Origin: an uncultured Eubacteriales bacterium
GTDB lineage: Bacteria > Bacillota > Clostridia > Oscillospirales > Oscillospiraceae
Assembly: GCA_900544705.1 (NCBI GenBank)
Contig: UQWH01000002.1
Span: 1,547-65,546, forward strand
DNA length: 64,000 nt
Direction of reading: 5' to 3'
The notes beneath the pieces are model-generated. The model saw nothing but the letters and a program-made list of their open reading frames with translations, searched no databases and had not been told where the DNA came from. A program made the translations under genes and the position numbers. Shown piece after piece: positions 8,683 to 17,939 of this stretch (position 1 is its first letter; the number at the start of each line of letters is the position of its first letter).

Positions 8683-9356
8683 CGTACATCCTCCTTCCGT
8701 ACCAGATAGATTTTTCCGGCTGCATCCACGGTCAGAAGCAGCGCGCCGCGGATGGTGCAGTTCCGCTTTTTCAGCTCGGTATCCAGCCACTGCCGGTCCC
8801 TCTTCGCGACGGGAAGATTCTTTTCCAGCAGCTTGCCGGCGGAGATCAGCGTGACGGGCAGCTCCGTTTCCTTGGCTTGGATTCCGGCATCCTTGGCGTT
8901 GGCCGGGCGATCTTTTGCGTAGAGCAGGGTGGAGAGCTGACCGTTCGTTTCCAGAATGGCGTACTTCACTTCGGTCAGATCGAAGATGTCCTTTTCCCGC
9001 AGGTGCATGGTCAGCTCGTCCAGATTGACCCGAGTTTTCTGGAGGTTTTTCTCCAGAATTTTTCCGTTTTCCATCAGAATCACGGGTTTTCCGCAGAAAA
9101 ACGTCCGGACATGGATGCAGCGCAGCGACAGCACCGCGAGAATGAGCTCCAGACCGAGAATGACAAGGATCGGCACGAGGCCGCTGAGCAGGGGAATGGC
9201 GGTATCCTGCATGGGAATGGCAGCCAGATTTGCGATCAGCATGGTCACGACGAATTCCGACGGTTCCATTTCACCGATCTGCCGTTTTCCCATCAGGCGA
9301 ACCGTCAGCACAAGAACGATATATAATAATAATGTGCGCAGAAACGAGATCAGCAT
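8679..9356 (-). CDS. DUF421/YetF-family membrane protein
   Basis: RLMGKRQIGEM, GKPVILMENGKI and YAILETNGQLS motifs. Confidence 0.9.
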   Translation of the reverse strand: MLISFLRTLLLYIVLVLTVRLMGKRQIGEMEPSEFVVTMLIANLAAIPMQDTAIPLLSGLVPILVILGLELILAVLSLRCIHVRTFFCGKPVILMENGKILEKNLQKTRVNLDELTMHLREKDIFDLTEVKYAILETNGQLSTLLYAKDRPANAKDAGIQAKETELPVTLISAGKLLEKNLPVAKRDRQWLDTELKKRNCTIRGALLLTVDAAGKIYLVRKEDVR

Positions 9357-9377
9357 GGTGTGTTTCCTCCTTTTCGC

Positions 9378-9406
9378 TAGTTTAAACGCGCGGTATATAT
9401 TTAACC
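9378..9406 (-). promoter_or_regulatory. Putative forespore (SigF/SigG-type) promoter
   Basis: GGTTA-N14-GTTTAAACTA; identical layout to 61572-61600. Confidence 0.45.
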
Positions 9407-9514
9407 GGAATCAGACAAATTGATAAAATCATAGTAAATTTATATAAACGGAAACGGCGCTGTGGGAGGCTCTTTGGTGACGCTACTGAAAATCTCTGCG
9501 ATTTATGAAAATGC

Positions 9515-9543
9515 TTGCATTTTCGATATTTTTCCTGTACACT
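9515..9543 (+). promoter_or_regulatory. sigmaA promoter of glnA
   Basis: TTGCAT-N17-TACACT. Confidence 0.6.
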
Positions 9544-9597
9544 GAAACAATCAAAACTGTTTTTTCAGCGCCGGATAGCGAAAGGAGAAGGAAAAAG

Positions 9598-11703
9598 ATG
9601 AAGGTTTCCGAATACTTCGGCTCCAATGTGTTCAGCAATGCGGTGATGCGTGAGCGTCTGCCGTCTGATGTATATCGTGAGGTGCAGCAGGTGATCGCCT
9701 GCGGCGGCCAGATCTCCATGCAAACGGCGGATATCGTGGCAAAGACAATGATGGAATGGGCGATCGAGAAGGGCGCGACCCACTACACCCACTGGTTCCA
9801 GCCGCTGACCGGCGTGACCGCGGAAAAGCATGACTCCTTCCTGACCGCGCCCGACAAAATGGGCAAGGTCATTCTGAATCTGACCGGCAAGCAGCTCATC
9901 ATGGGCGAGCCGGACGCCTCCAGTTTCCCCTCCGGCGGCCTGCGCGCGACGCACTACGCCAGAGGTTATACCGCTTGGGATATGACCTCCCCGGCCTTTG
10001 TCAAGGAGATGGCCTGCGGCACCATCCTGTGCATCCCGACGGTGTTCGTTTCCTACAACGGCGAGGCGCTGGACAACAAAACGCCGCTGCTTCGCTCCAT
10101 GCAGGCGCTTTCCCAGCAGGCGGTCCGCATCCTGCGCCTGTTCGGCGATGAGAATTCCCAGCGCGTGCTGATCTCCGTCGGCGCGGAGCAGGAGTATTTC
10201 ATCGTCGACCGCGAGCGCTACCTCAAGCGCCGTGACCTCATCTACACCGGACGGACGCTCTTCGGCGCGCCCGCGCCCAAGGGACAGGAACTGGAGGATC
10301 AGTATTTCGGCGTCATCCGCGAGCGCGTGGGCGAGTTCATGGCCGACCTGAATCAGGAGCTGTGGAAAATGGGCATCACCGCCACGACGCAGCACAATGA
10401 GGTCGCGCCGGCGCAGCACGAGAGCGCGCCCATCTACAGCACCTGCAACGTCGCGGTCGACCAGAACCAGCTCACCATGGAAACGATGAAGCGTGTGGCG
10501 ACGCGCCACGGCCTCGTCTGCCTGCTGCACGAGAAGCCCTTTGCCGGCGTCAACGGCTCCGGCAAGCACAACAATTGGTCACTCAGCAGCGACACGGGCG
10601 AGAATCTCCTCGACCCCGGCACGACGCCGAACGATAACCTGCAATTCCTTCTGGTGCTTTCCTGCATCATCAAGGCGGTGGACCGCCATGCGGATGTTCT
10701 GCGGATGTCCACGGCCTGTCCCGGCAACGATCAGCGCCTCGGCGCGGACGAAGCGCCCCCGGCGATCATCTCCATCTTCCTCGGCGCGCAGCTCAGCGAC
10801 GTGGTCGATCAGATCGTCGAAAACGGCACGGCTGCCGGCTGCATCGCGGGCGGACGGCTGGACACCGGCGTTTCCACGCTGCCCGTCATTGACAAGGACG
10901 CGACCGACCGCAACCGCACCTCGCCCTTTGCCTTCACGGGCAACAAGTTCGAGTTCCGCATGGTCGGCTCCTCGGAGAGCATCGCAAACTCCAATACCGT
11001 TATCAGCACCATCGTCGCCGAGGCCTTCTGCGAGGCGGCGGACGTCTTGGAGAAGAGCGACGATTTTGAGCACGACGTCAACTGCCTGATCGCGGAGAAT
11101 ATGCGCAACCACCGCCGCGTGCTGTTCAATGGCAACGGCTACAGCGAGGAATGGAAGCAGGAGGCGGCGCGCCGCGGCCTGCCGAATCTGCCGAACATGG
11201 TTTCCGCCATTCCGGCACTGACGACGGAGAAAACCGTGGAAATGTTCGAAAAATTCGGCGTTTTCACAAGAGCGGAGCTGGAATCCCGCAGCGAGGTCCT
11301 CTATGAGACCTACGCCAAGACCACGGCGATCGAGGCTAAGACCATGCTGCACATGGCGGGCAAGCACTATATCCCCGCGGTCGTGCGCTACACGGCGCGG
11401 CTGGCGGACTCCATCTGCAAGGTGCGCGCCGCCTGCCCGGACGCGGACACCACGACGCAGGAGCAGCTCCTGCGCGAAACCAGCACGCTTCTGGCCCGCG
11501 CGAGCGAGGCGGAGAAGCGTCTGGACGCGGCCGTGCAGAAGATGAACGGCATCGACTGCGTGCATGAAATGGCGACGTTCTGCCGCGACGAGGTCGTCCC
11601 GGCCATGCACGAGCTGCGCGCGCCTATCGACCGTTTGGAGCTGATCGTCGATAAGGCCATCTGGCCCGTGCCGACCTATGGCGATCTGATGTTTGAGGTC
11701 TGA
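9598..11703 (+). CDS. glnA: Glutamine synthetase type III
   Basis: GATHYTHWFQPLTG, EPDASSFPSGGLR, HEKPFAGVNGSGKHNNWS and DRNRTSPFAFTGNKFEFR motifs. Confidence 0.95.
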   Translation: MKVSEYFGSNVFSNAVMRERLPSDVYREVQQVIACGGQISMQTADIVAKTMMEWAIEKGATHYTHWFQPLTGVTAEKHDSFLTAPDKMGKVILNLTGKQLIMGEPDASSFPSGGLRATHYARGYTAWDMTSPAFVKEMACGTILCIPTVFVSYNGEALDNKTPLLRSMQALSQQAVRILRLFGDENSQRVLISVGAEQEYFIVDRERYLKRRDLIYTGRTLFGAPAPKGQELEDQYFGVIRERVGEFMADLNQELWKMGITATTQHNEVAPAQHESAPIYSTCNVAVDQNQLTMETMKRVATRHGLVCLLHEKPFAGVNGSGKHNNWSLSSDTGENLLDPGTTPNDNLQFLLVLSCIIKAVDRHADVLRMSTACPGNDQRLGADEAPPAIISIFLGAQLSDVVDQIVENGTAAGCIAGGRLDTGVSTLPVIDKDATDRNRTSPFAFTGNKFEFRMVGSSESIANSNTVISTIVAEAFCEAADVLEKSDDFEHDVNCLIAENMRNHRRVLFNGNGYSEEWKQEAARRGLPNLPNMVSAIPALTTEKTVEMFEKFGVFTRAELESRSEVLYETYAKTTAIEAKTMLHMAGKHYIPAVVRYTARLADSICKVRAACPDADTTTQEQLLRETSTLLARASEAEKRLDAAVQKMNGIDCVHEMATFCRDEVVPAMHELRAPIDRLELIVDKAIWPVPTYGDLMFEV

Positions 11704-11723
11704 GGCTTTTCGTGCATCAATAC

Positions 11724-11758
11724 AATGTCCCGGCTGAGTTTAACTCAGCCGGGACATT
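11724..11758. terminator. Bidirectional terminator glnA / Nudix
   Basis: AATGTCCCGGCTGAGTT-T-AACTCAGCCGGGACATT. Confidence 0.8.
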
Positions 11759-11770
11759 TCCTAATTCATT

Positions 11771-12388
11771 CTAATCAAACTGCGTGACCCAGTTTGGGTT
11801 GTTTTTCGCGTCGAAGCAGAGCAGGATCTGCTCCCGTGTGACCTTTTCCTCGGCCAAGGGGGCGGGCAGCGCTTCTCTGGCGAAGAAGGCGCGCCGGGTC
11901 GTTTCGATGTTCGGGACAAACTCCCCGCCGAGCGGCGTGCAGAGCACGAAGAGCTTGACCACACCATAGGGATAGGGCGGCGGGTTGTGCCGGTTTCTGT
12001 CCTGCACGGAGATCAGCCGTTCCGCCCTGACGCGCAGACCGGCTTCCTCCAGGGTTTCCTTGACCGTGTTTTCCGCGACCGAGCGATTCACGTCGCACCA
12101 GCCGCCGGGCAGCGACCACGTCCCGTTTGCCTCCTGCACCAGAAGAATCCTGTCCTTCTGAAACACCGCGGCGCGCGTGTCCACCTTCGGTGTCTGGTAG
12201 CCGGTTTCATTGCAGAAAAGGCCTCTGACCTTTTCTGCCGGAAGCTCCGTCTGCGATGCGACCATCTCTGCGGCGATCTCCCGCAGGCGGGCATAGCGCT
12301 CTTTATCGTAGGCGTCGCGGCCGTAGGTCAGCCCCGCCTGCGCGATGGCCTGAATTTCGATTGCCCATTGCAGCCATTTTTCCTGCAT
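11771..12388 (-). CDS. Nudix hydrolase with N-terminal Nudix_N domain (ADP-ribose pyrophosphatase-like)
   Basis: W...IQAIAQAGL.Y...YDKERY, GYQTPKVDTRA and Nudix box GGWCD...KETLEEAG. Confidence 0.88.
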   Translation of the reverse strand: MQEKWLQWAIEIQAIAQAGLTYGRDAYDKERYARLREIAAEMVASQTELPAEKVRGLFCNETGYQTPKVDTRAAVFQKDRILLVQEANGTWSLPGGWCDVNRSVAENTVKETLEEAGLRVRAERLISVQDRNRHNPPPYPYGVVKLFVLCTPLGGEFVPNIETTRRAFFAREALPAPLAEEKVTREQILLCFDAKNNPNWVTQFD

Positions 12389-12442
12389 TTTCTCTACCTC
12401 CCGGCTTTTTTCTCATTGTACCACGTCGGCGGCGACAGTGTG

Positions 12443-12499
12443 TTAAGCAAATCTTAAGATTTTCCCCGATTGTTTCTTAATGCCATTCGGCGGTATACT
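12443..12499 (+). promoter_or_regulatory. OmpR-type direct repeat plus -10 element
   Basis: TTAAG-N6-TTAAG (11-bp period) at 12443-12458, and TATACT at 12494. Confidence 0.45.
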
Positions 12500-12529
12500 T
12501 GGAGCGACAAAGAGAAAGGGGCAATCCGG

Positions 12530-13777
12530 ATGAACTGTCTTGAAACGATGAATACCATACTGATGATCGCTTTTTTGGTGTGCTATGCCTATCAGTTTTT
12601 CTACATTCTGGTTCCGCACATCAAGAAAGACAAGCCGCACAAGCCTGCGAAGCTGCACCGCTACGCCGTTCTGATCTGCGCGCGCAATGAGGAAGCGGTC
12701 ATTGCCGACCTGATCGACAGCCTGCATGGGCAGACCTACCCGCAGGACAAGCTGAAAATTTTCGTCATGGCGGACAACTGCACGGACCGTACCGCGGACG
12801 CGGCACGCGCGGCAGGCGCGACGGTCTACGAGCGCTTTGACCGCGAAAAGGTGGGCAAGGGCTACGCCCTCGACGCCCTGCTGGGGCACATTGCGCAGGA
12901 CGAGCCGGAGGGCTTTGACGGTTACTTCGTCTTTGACGCGGACAATCTCCTGCGGCCGGACTACATTGAGCGGATGAACGAGACCTTCTCCGACGGCCAC
13001 GACATCGTAACGAGCTACCGCAATTCCAAGAATTACGGCGATAACTGGATCTCGGCCGGCTACGGGCTGTGGTTTCTGCGCGAATCCGAATATCTTAACC
13101 ACGCGCGGATGCTGCTGGGGACGAGCTGCGCCGTCTCCGGCACGGGCTTCCTTTTCAGCCGCAAGGTGCTGCGGGAGCAGGGCGGCTGGCCCTTCCATCT
13201 GCTGATCGAGGACATTCAGTTCTCCGTTTCCCACATTCTGGACGGCTACAAGATCGCCTTCTGCCCGCAGGCCGAGCTGTTCGACGAGCAGCCCGTGACC
13301 TTCCGCCAGTCGTGGCGGCAGCGGATGCGCTGGTCGCGCGGCTATCTTCAGGTGCTGCGGCGCTATGGATTAAAACTCTGCGGGGGGATGTTCAAAGGCA
13401 GCTTCTCGTGCTATGATATGTCCATGAACATCCTGCCGGCATTTCTGTTTTCCATACTCAGCACCGCGAGCAATCTGACGCTGATCACCATGCAGCTTGT
13501 TGAGGGAACAAACGCAGCAGCGCTGCTTTCCCTGCTGCAAATGCTCAGCTCCATATACCTGACGCTGTTTTTCATCGGCGCGATCACGACGGCAACGCAG
13601 TGGAAAAAGATCCATACGGCGGCGTGGAAGAAGATCCTCTACGCCTTTACCTTCCCGGTGTTCATGTTTACCTATGTTCCGATCTCGATCGCCGCGATTT
13701 TCACCAAGGTGCAGTGGAAGCCCATCCAGCACAGCATCACGGCCGAGCAGGTTGCATCGGAGCTCATTCATCGGTAA
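12530..13777 (+). CDS. Processive-type GT2 glycosyltransferase, membrane-bound
   Basis: CARNEE, ADNCTD, GKGYAL, FDAD, IED and QRMRW (QxxRW) motifs; C-terminal TMs. Confidence 0.9.
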   Translation: MNCLETMNTILMIAFLVCYAYQFFYILVPHIKKDKPHKPAKLHRYAVLICARNEEAVIADLIDSLHGQTYPQDKLKIFVMADNCTDRTADAARAAGATVYERFDREKVGKGYALDALLGHIAQDEPEGFDGYFVFDADNLLRPDYIERMNETFSDGHDIVTSYRNSKNYGDNWISAGYGLWFLRESEYLNHARMLLGTSCAVSGTGFLFSRKVLREQGGWPFHLLIEDIQFSVSHILDGYKIAFCPQAELFDEQPVTFRQSWRQRMRWSRGYLQVLRRYGLKLCGGMFKGSFSCYDMSMNILPAFLFSILSTASNLTLITMQLVEGTNAAALLSLLQMLSSIYLTLFFIGAITTATQWKKIHTAAWKKILYAFTFPVFMFTYVPISIAAIFTKVQWKPIQHSITAEQVASELIHR

Positions 13778-13789
13778 GGAGAAACGGCT

Positions 13790-14485
13790 ATGTATAAGAT
13801 TCTGGTCTGTGACGACGAAAAGGACATCGTTTCCGCCCTGCGGATCTATCTGACCTCGGACGGCTATCAGGTTTTTGAGGCTTACAGCGGCATACAGGCG
13901 CTGGAGGTGCTGGAAAAGGAGGACATCCATCTTGTGCTGCTGGATGTCATGATGCCGCAGATGGACGGCCTGACCGCGCTGGCGCGCGTCCGGCAGGTGA
14001 GCAACGTCCCGGTCATCCTCCTGACGGCCAAGTCGGAGGACACCGACAAAATCCTCGGTCTCAATGTGGGCGCGGACGACTATGTGACCAAGCCATTCAA
14101 TCCTGTGGAGCTGCTGGCGCGCGTGCGCTCTCAGCTGCGGCGGTATCTACAGCTCGGCGGGGGACAGGTCAGACCCTCACAGCTTGTCATTGGCAGCATC
14201 GCACTGGACGACGACGCGAAGGCGGTCACGCTGGACGGCGAGCCGGTTTCCCTCACTCCGCGGGAGTACGACATTCTGAAGCTGCTGATGCAGAACTCCG
14301 GTACGGTATTTGCGCCGAAGGAGATCTACCGCCGCATCTGGGGCGAGGAGCCCTACGGCGCGGAGAACGCGGTGGCGGTGCATATCCGCCATCTGCGCGA
14401 AAAGCTGGAGATCAATCCGGCCGACCCGCACTATCTGAAGGTGGTCTGGGGACAGGGCTATAAAATGGAGCGTGAAGTGGGATGA
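13790..14485 (+). CDS. OmpR/PhoB-family response regulator
   Basis: Receiver domain (DD, LLDVMMP, KPF) plus winged helix (VHIRHLREK, VWGQGY). Confidence 0.95.
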   Translation: MYKILVCDDEKDIVSALRIYLTSDGYQVFEAYSGIQALEVLEKEDIHLVLLDVMMPQMDGLTALARVRQVSNVPVILLTAKSEDTDKILGLNVGADDYVTKPFNPVELLARVRSQLRRYLQLGGGQVRPSQLVIGSIALDDDAKAVTLDGEPVSLTPREYDILKLLMQNSGTVFAPKEIYRRIWGEEPYGAENAVAVHIRHLREKLEINPADPHYLKVVWGQGYKMEREVG

Positions 14486-16512
14486 AAAAACTGAAATCAA
14501 GCCTTGCTGCAAAGGCGGCTGCGATCTTCCTGCTGGTGGCGATGCTTGCGGTTGCGGCGGGGGCGGTCGTCGGGACAGTCGCTCTGGGCGGGTATGACAG
14601 CTATCTGGATAACGGGGACAGAATCCGCGAAGGCCTCCTGAATGTCGTTGTTTCCAACGCTTCCGGAGATCTGCAAACGCTGCTCAGCGCGCTGGCGCAG
14701 GCCAAAGGCGGCGAGGGCGAGGAAACGCTTGTGGCGTATTACGGGGAAAAGTATTCTCCCGAAAACTCCAACCTCTGCATCCGCGTGACGGATACGGACG
14801 GGCAAGAGCTGTTTTCCAACCGGGAGTATACCGGGATCCTTCCGGAAACGGAACAGGTGCGGGAATTCAGCTTCCCGACGAATGTGCACTACATCACCCG
14901 GACAAAAACCTTTGACAACGAGGAACAGATGTATGACTACCTAAGTTTTGCGGGCGACTGGAATCTGCGCGATTACAGCGAGGAAGGCGGGAAAATCGTC
15001 GCGGAATTTACCGTCGTCACAACGGAAAGTGCCGCCGTTACGCTGCACATTGCGGTGGCTGCAACCATGCAGGCGCAGGATGACTGCACCCGCGCGCTGA
15101 ACTTTGCCGACCGCCTCATCGGCCTGCGGGGTTTCCTCATGCCGATCGCGATCACCGCGCTGTGTCTGGCGGCGGCACTGTTTGTGTTCCTGCTCTGCGC
15201 CGCCGGGCACAAGGCCGGCGTGGAGGGCATCCATCTGAATTGGGTGGATCGGATCCCCTTTGATCTGTATCTGGCCATCTTCATCGCGCTGTTCTGCGGC
15301 AGCGTGGCGTTCTGGGATGCGTTTTCCTATAATTCTACCGTGCGCTTGATATTGGCCGCAGCACTCGGCCTTGTCTGGGCTTTCCTGTGGCTGTCGCCGG
15401 TTTTGAGCTTTGCCGCGCGCATCAAGGCCGGGAGCTGGTGGAGAAATACGGTGATCTTCTATGTTTTGCGCTTTCTCTGGCGTGCGCTTTGTAAGATCAG
15501 CCGTGGTATCCGGTATGTCTGCCTGCATCTGCCTCTGGTTTGGCGGACGGTGCTGGTAAGCGCCGGAATCACCGTTCTGGAACTGTTTTTTCTTGCTTCC
15601 GCTTATCTTGCGCTACCGTTCTGGTTTGTGGAGAAACTGCTGCTGATCCCGCTGGTGCTGCTGGCGGCAATCAACCTGCGCAGGCTCCAGAAGGGCGGGG
15701 AGGCCATTGCCGAGGGCGATATGACCTACCGCGTGAATACCCGCCATCTTCTGCCGGCCTTCCGTCGCCACGGGGAGAACCTGAACAGCATCGGTACCGG
15801 GATGCAGAAGGCGGTGGAGGTGCAGATGCGCAGCGAGCGTATGAAGGCAGAGCTGATCACCAATGTTTCCCACGACATCAAAACGCCGCTGACGAGCATT
15901 GTCAATTATGTCGACCTGCTCAAAACGGCGGGACTGGATTCTCCGCAGGCACCGGAATATCTGGAGGTCCTCGACCGGCAGTCCGCACGGCTGAAAAAGC
16001 TGACGGAGGATCTGATCGAAGCCTCCAAGGCCTCCACCGGCAATATCACCGTCCATGCCGAGCGGACGGACGTGAATGTCCTTGTGGCGCAGGCGGCGGG
16101 CGAGTACGAGGAGAAATTCAAAGCCCGCGCGCTGGAGCCGGTGCTGGATTTCCGGGTGCAGGAGCCCTGCGTCTGGGCGGATGGGCGGCTGTTATGGCGC
16201 GTGCTGGACAATCTGATGAGCAACATCTGCAAGTATTCTCTGGAGCATACGCGCGTGTATGTGCAGACGCAGGCGCAGGACGGCCGCCTGACCGTCACCT
16301 TTAAAAATATCTCCAAGGAGCCGCTGAACGTTTCCGCCGAGGAGCTGATGGAGCGCTTCGTGCGCGGCGACGCCTCGCGCAACACCGAGGGCAGCGGGCT
16401 GGGGCTTTCCATTGCGCGCAGCCTGACGGAGCTGATGGGCGGCAGCTTTGCGCTGGCGATCGACGGCGACCTCTTCAAGGCGCAGATCAGCTTCCCACTG
16501 ATGGGCAACTGA
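14482..16512 (+). CDS. Multi-TM sensor histidine kinase
   Basis: H-box NVSHDIKTPLT, N-box NLMSNICKY, G-box GSGLGLSIA. Confidence 0.93.
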   Translation: MKKLKSSLAAKAAAIFLLVAMLAVAAGAVVGTVALGGYDSYLDNGDRIREGLLNVVVSNASGDLQTLLSALAQAKGGEGEETLVAYYGEKYSPENSNLCIRVTDTDGQELFSNREYTGILPETEQVREFSFPTNVHYITRTKTFDNEEQMYDYLSFAGDWNLRDYSEEGGKIVAEFTVVTTESAAVTLHIAVAATMQAQDDCTRALNFADRLIGLRGFLMPIAITALCLAAALFVFLLCAAGHKAGVEGIHLNWVDRIPFDLYLAIFIALFCGSVAFWDAFSYNSTVRLILAAALGLVWAFLWLSPVLSFAARIKAGSWWRNTVIFYVLRFLWRALCKISRGIRYVCLHLPLVWRTVLVSAGITVLELFFLASAYLALPFWFVEKLLLIPLVLLAAINLRRLQKGGEAIAEGDMTYRVNTRHLLPAFRRHGENLNSIGTGMQKAVEVQMRSERMKAELITNVSHDIKTPLTSIVNYVDLLKTAGLDSPQAPEYLEVLDRQSARLKKLTEDLIEASKASTGNITVHAERTDVNVLVAQAAGEYEEKFKARALEPVLDFRVQEPCVWADGRLLWRVLDNLMSNICKYSLEHTRVYVQTQAQDGRLTVTFKNISKEPLNVSAEELMERFVRGDASRNTEGSGLGLSIARSLTELMGGSFALAIDGDLFKAQISFPLMGN

Positions 16513-16525
16513 ATTATGGTATATT

Positions 16526-16564
16526 TCCCGGCGGCTGCGTATCGTGCGGCTACCGGGATTTTTT
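16526..16564 (+). terminator. Terminator after histidine kinase
   Basis: TCCCGGCGGCTGCG..TGCGGCTACCGGGA followed by a T-run. Confidence 0.6.
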
Positions 16565-16624
16565 GCGAAAAAAGTAGCTGCAAAATACAAACGAATGTGT
16601 TATAATTCTCGTGAGGTGGTATCT

Positions 16625-16852
16625 ATGAATGAGAAAACGCAGGAATCTGAGGTCCTGATGGAGAATATACAGCCGGAGGATCTTCCGACCGAGGCGGAAA
16701 AGGCGAAGGAAGAGTTTATCCCCAGCCCCAAGTGGAAGCGCGTATTCGCGTGGGTGCTGTTCGGCATCGTCGTGCTGGGCATCTGCTGCTGGCTGCTGAA
16801 TATTGCCGTGCCGGAATGGGCGGACAAGTTCCTTGGTTATTTTAGGCATTGA
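16625..16852 (+). CDS. Small single-TM hypothetical protein (75 aa)
   Basis: SD GAGGTGG; acidic N-terminus then a TM helix; TATAAT promoter element upstream; overlaps the ruvC start. Confidence 0.6.
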   Translation: MNEKTQESEVLMENIQPEDLPTEAEKAKEEFIPSPKWKRVFAWVLFGIVVLGICCWLLNIAVPEWADKFLGYFRH

Positions 16853-17330
16853 CCCCGGCTATGCGACGACGGGATTCGGCCTGATCTCGTCGGAGCGGGG
16901 AAAGTACGCGCTGCTGCAATACGGCACCGTGACCACGCCGCCGGAGCTGACCTTTCCGCAGCGGCTGAATATGCTCTTTGAGGACATCACGCGTCTGCTG
17001 GAGGTCACGAAGCCGGAAGCGGTCGCAGTGGAGGAGCTGTTCTGGGGTCACAATATCACGACGGGAATTGGTGTTTCCCACGGCCGCGGCGTGATTTTGC
17101 TTGCCATTGAGCGGGCGGGCGTGCCGCTGTTTGAATACACGCCCATGCAGGTCAAGCAGGCGGTCGTCGGCTACGGCAAGGCGGAGAAACGGCAGGTCAT
17201 GGACATGACGCGCCGCTTTCTGCATATGGAAAAGATGCCGCGCCCGGACGACGCGGCGGACGCCATCGCTATTGCGCTGTGTCACGCGCGCTCGGCGACG
17301 TCCATGCTGTCAAGAACGCGGGGAGGATAG
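16833..17330 (+). CDS. ruvC: Holliday junction resolvase RuvC
   Basis: TTG start; ILGIDPG, VAVEELF and PDDAADAIAIALCH motifs. Confidence 0.93.
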   Translation: MVILGIDPGYATTGFGLISSERGKYALLQYGTVTTPPELTFPQRLNMLFEDITRLLEVTKPEAVAVEELFWGHNITTGIGVSHGRGVILLAIERAGVPLFEYTPMQVKQAVVGYGKAEKRQVMDMTRRFLHMEKMPRPDDAADAIAIALCHARSATSMLSRTRGG

Positions 17331-17332
17331 CG

Positions 17333-17935
17333 ATGTTTTATTATCTGAATGGCGAGGTCACCCTGATGGAGGGCAATCTTGCGGTCATCGATTGCGGCGG
17401 CGTGGGCTACGCCTGCCACACCACGGCCTATACGCTGTCCAAGCTGCGCGTCGGGCAGCAGGGGAAGCTATTTACCTACTGCTACATCCGCGAGGATGCG
17501 TTTGATATTTTTGGCTTCTCCACGCGCGAGGAGCTGCGCTGCTTTGAGCTGCTTCTGGGCGTCACGGGTGTCGGTACGAAGGCAGCGCTGGCCATTTTGT
17601 CCTCCTCCACGCCGGAGCGCTTCACGCTGGCGATCGTGACGCAGGACGAAAAAGCGCTGACGGCGGCGCAGGGCGTGGGCAAGAAGCTCGCGCAGCGCAT
17701 CATTCTGGAGCTGAAGGACAAGCTGGGCGCGGCGGTGACGGAGGTGAACTTCTCTGATACGTCTGCGGCGCCCGCACCCGCGGCGGGCAGCAATCTGGCG
17801 CTTGCGCAGGCGGCGCTGACAGAACTGGGCTACAATCAGAACGAGATTGCCGCGGCGCTCAAGGGAATTCCTGCCGAAGGGCTGGCGACGGAAGAGATCG
17901 TGCGCCGCTGCCTGCGCGCGATGGTAATGAGGTGA
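17333..17935 (+). CDS. ruvA: Holliday junction branch migration protein RuvA
   Basis: [29 protein letters not shown] and ALTELGY motifs. Confidence 0.95.
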   Translation: MFYYLNGEVTLMEGNLAVIDCGGVGYACHTTAYTLSKLRVGQQGKLFTYCYIREDAFDIFGFSTREELRCFELLLGVTGVGTKAALAILSSSTPERFTLAIVTQDEKALTAAQGVGKKLAQRIILELKDKLGAAVTEVNFSDTSAAPAPAAGSNLALAQAALTELGYNQNEIAAALKGIPAEGLATEEIVRRCLRAMVMR

Positions 17936-17939
17936 GTGC

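Noticed and set aside
9440..9480. ANTAR-type dual hairpin upstream of glnA (AAACGGCG)
   Set aside because: Only one imperfect loop, no second hairpin or terminator, and it lies upstream of the predicted promoter.
16585..16610. LexA box upstream of the ruvCAB operon
   Set aside because: No GAAC-N4-GTTY match; the resemblance is partial only.
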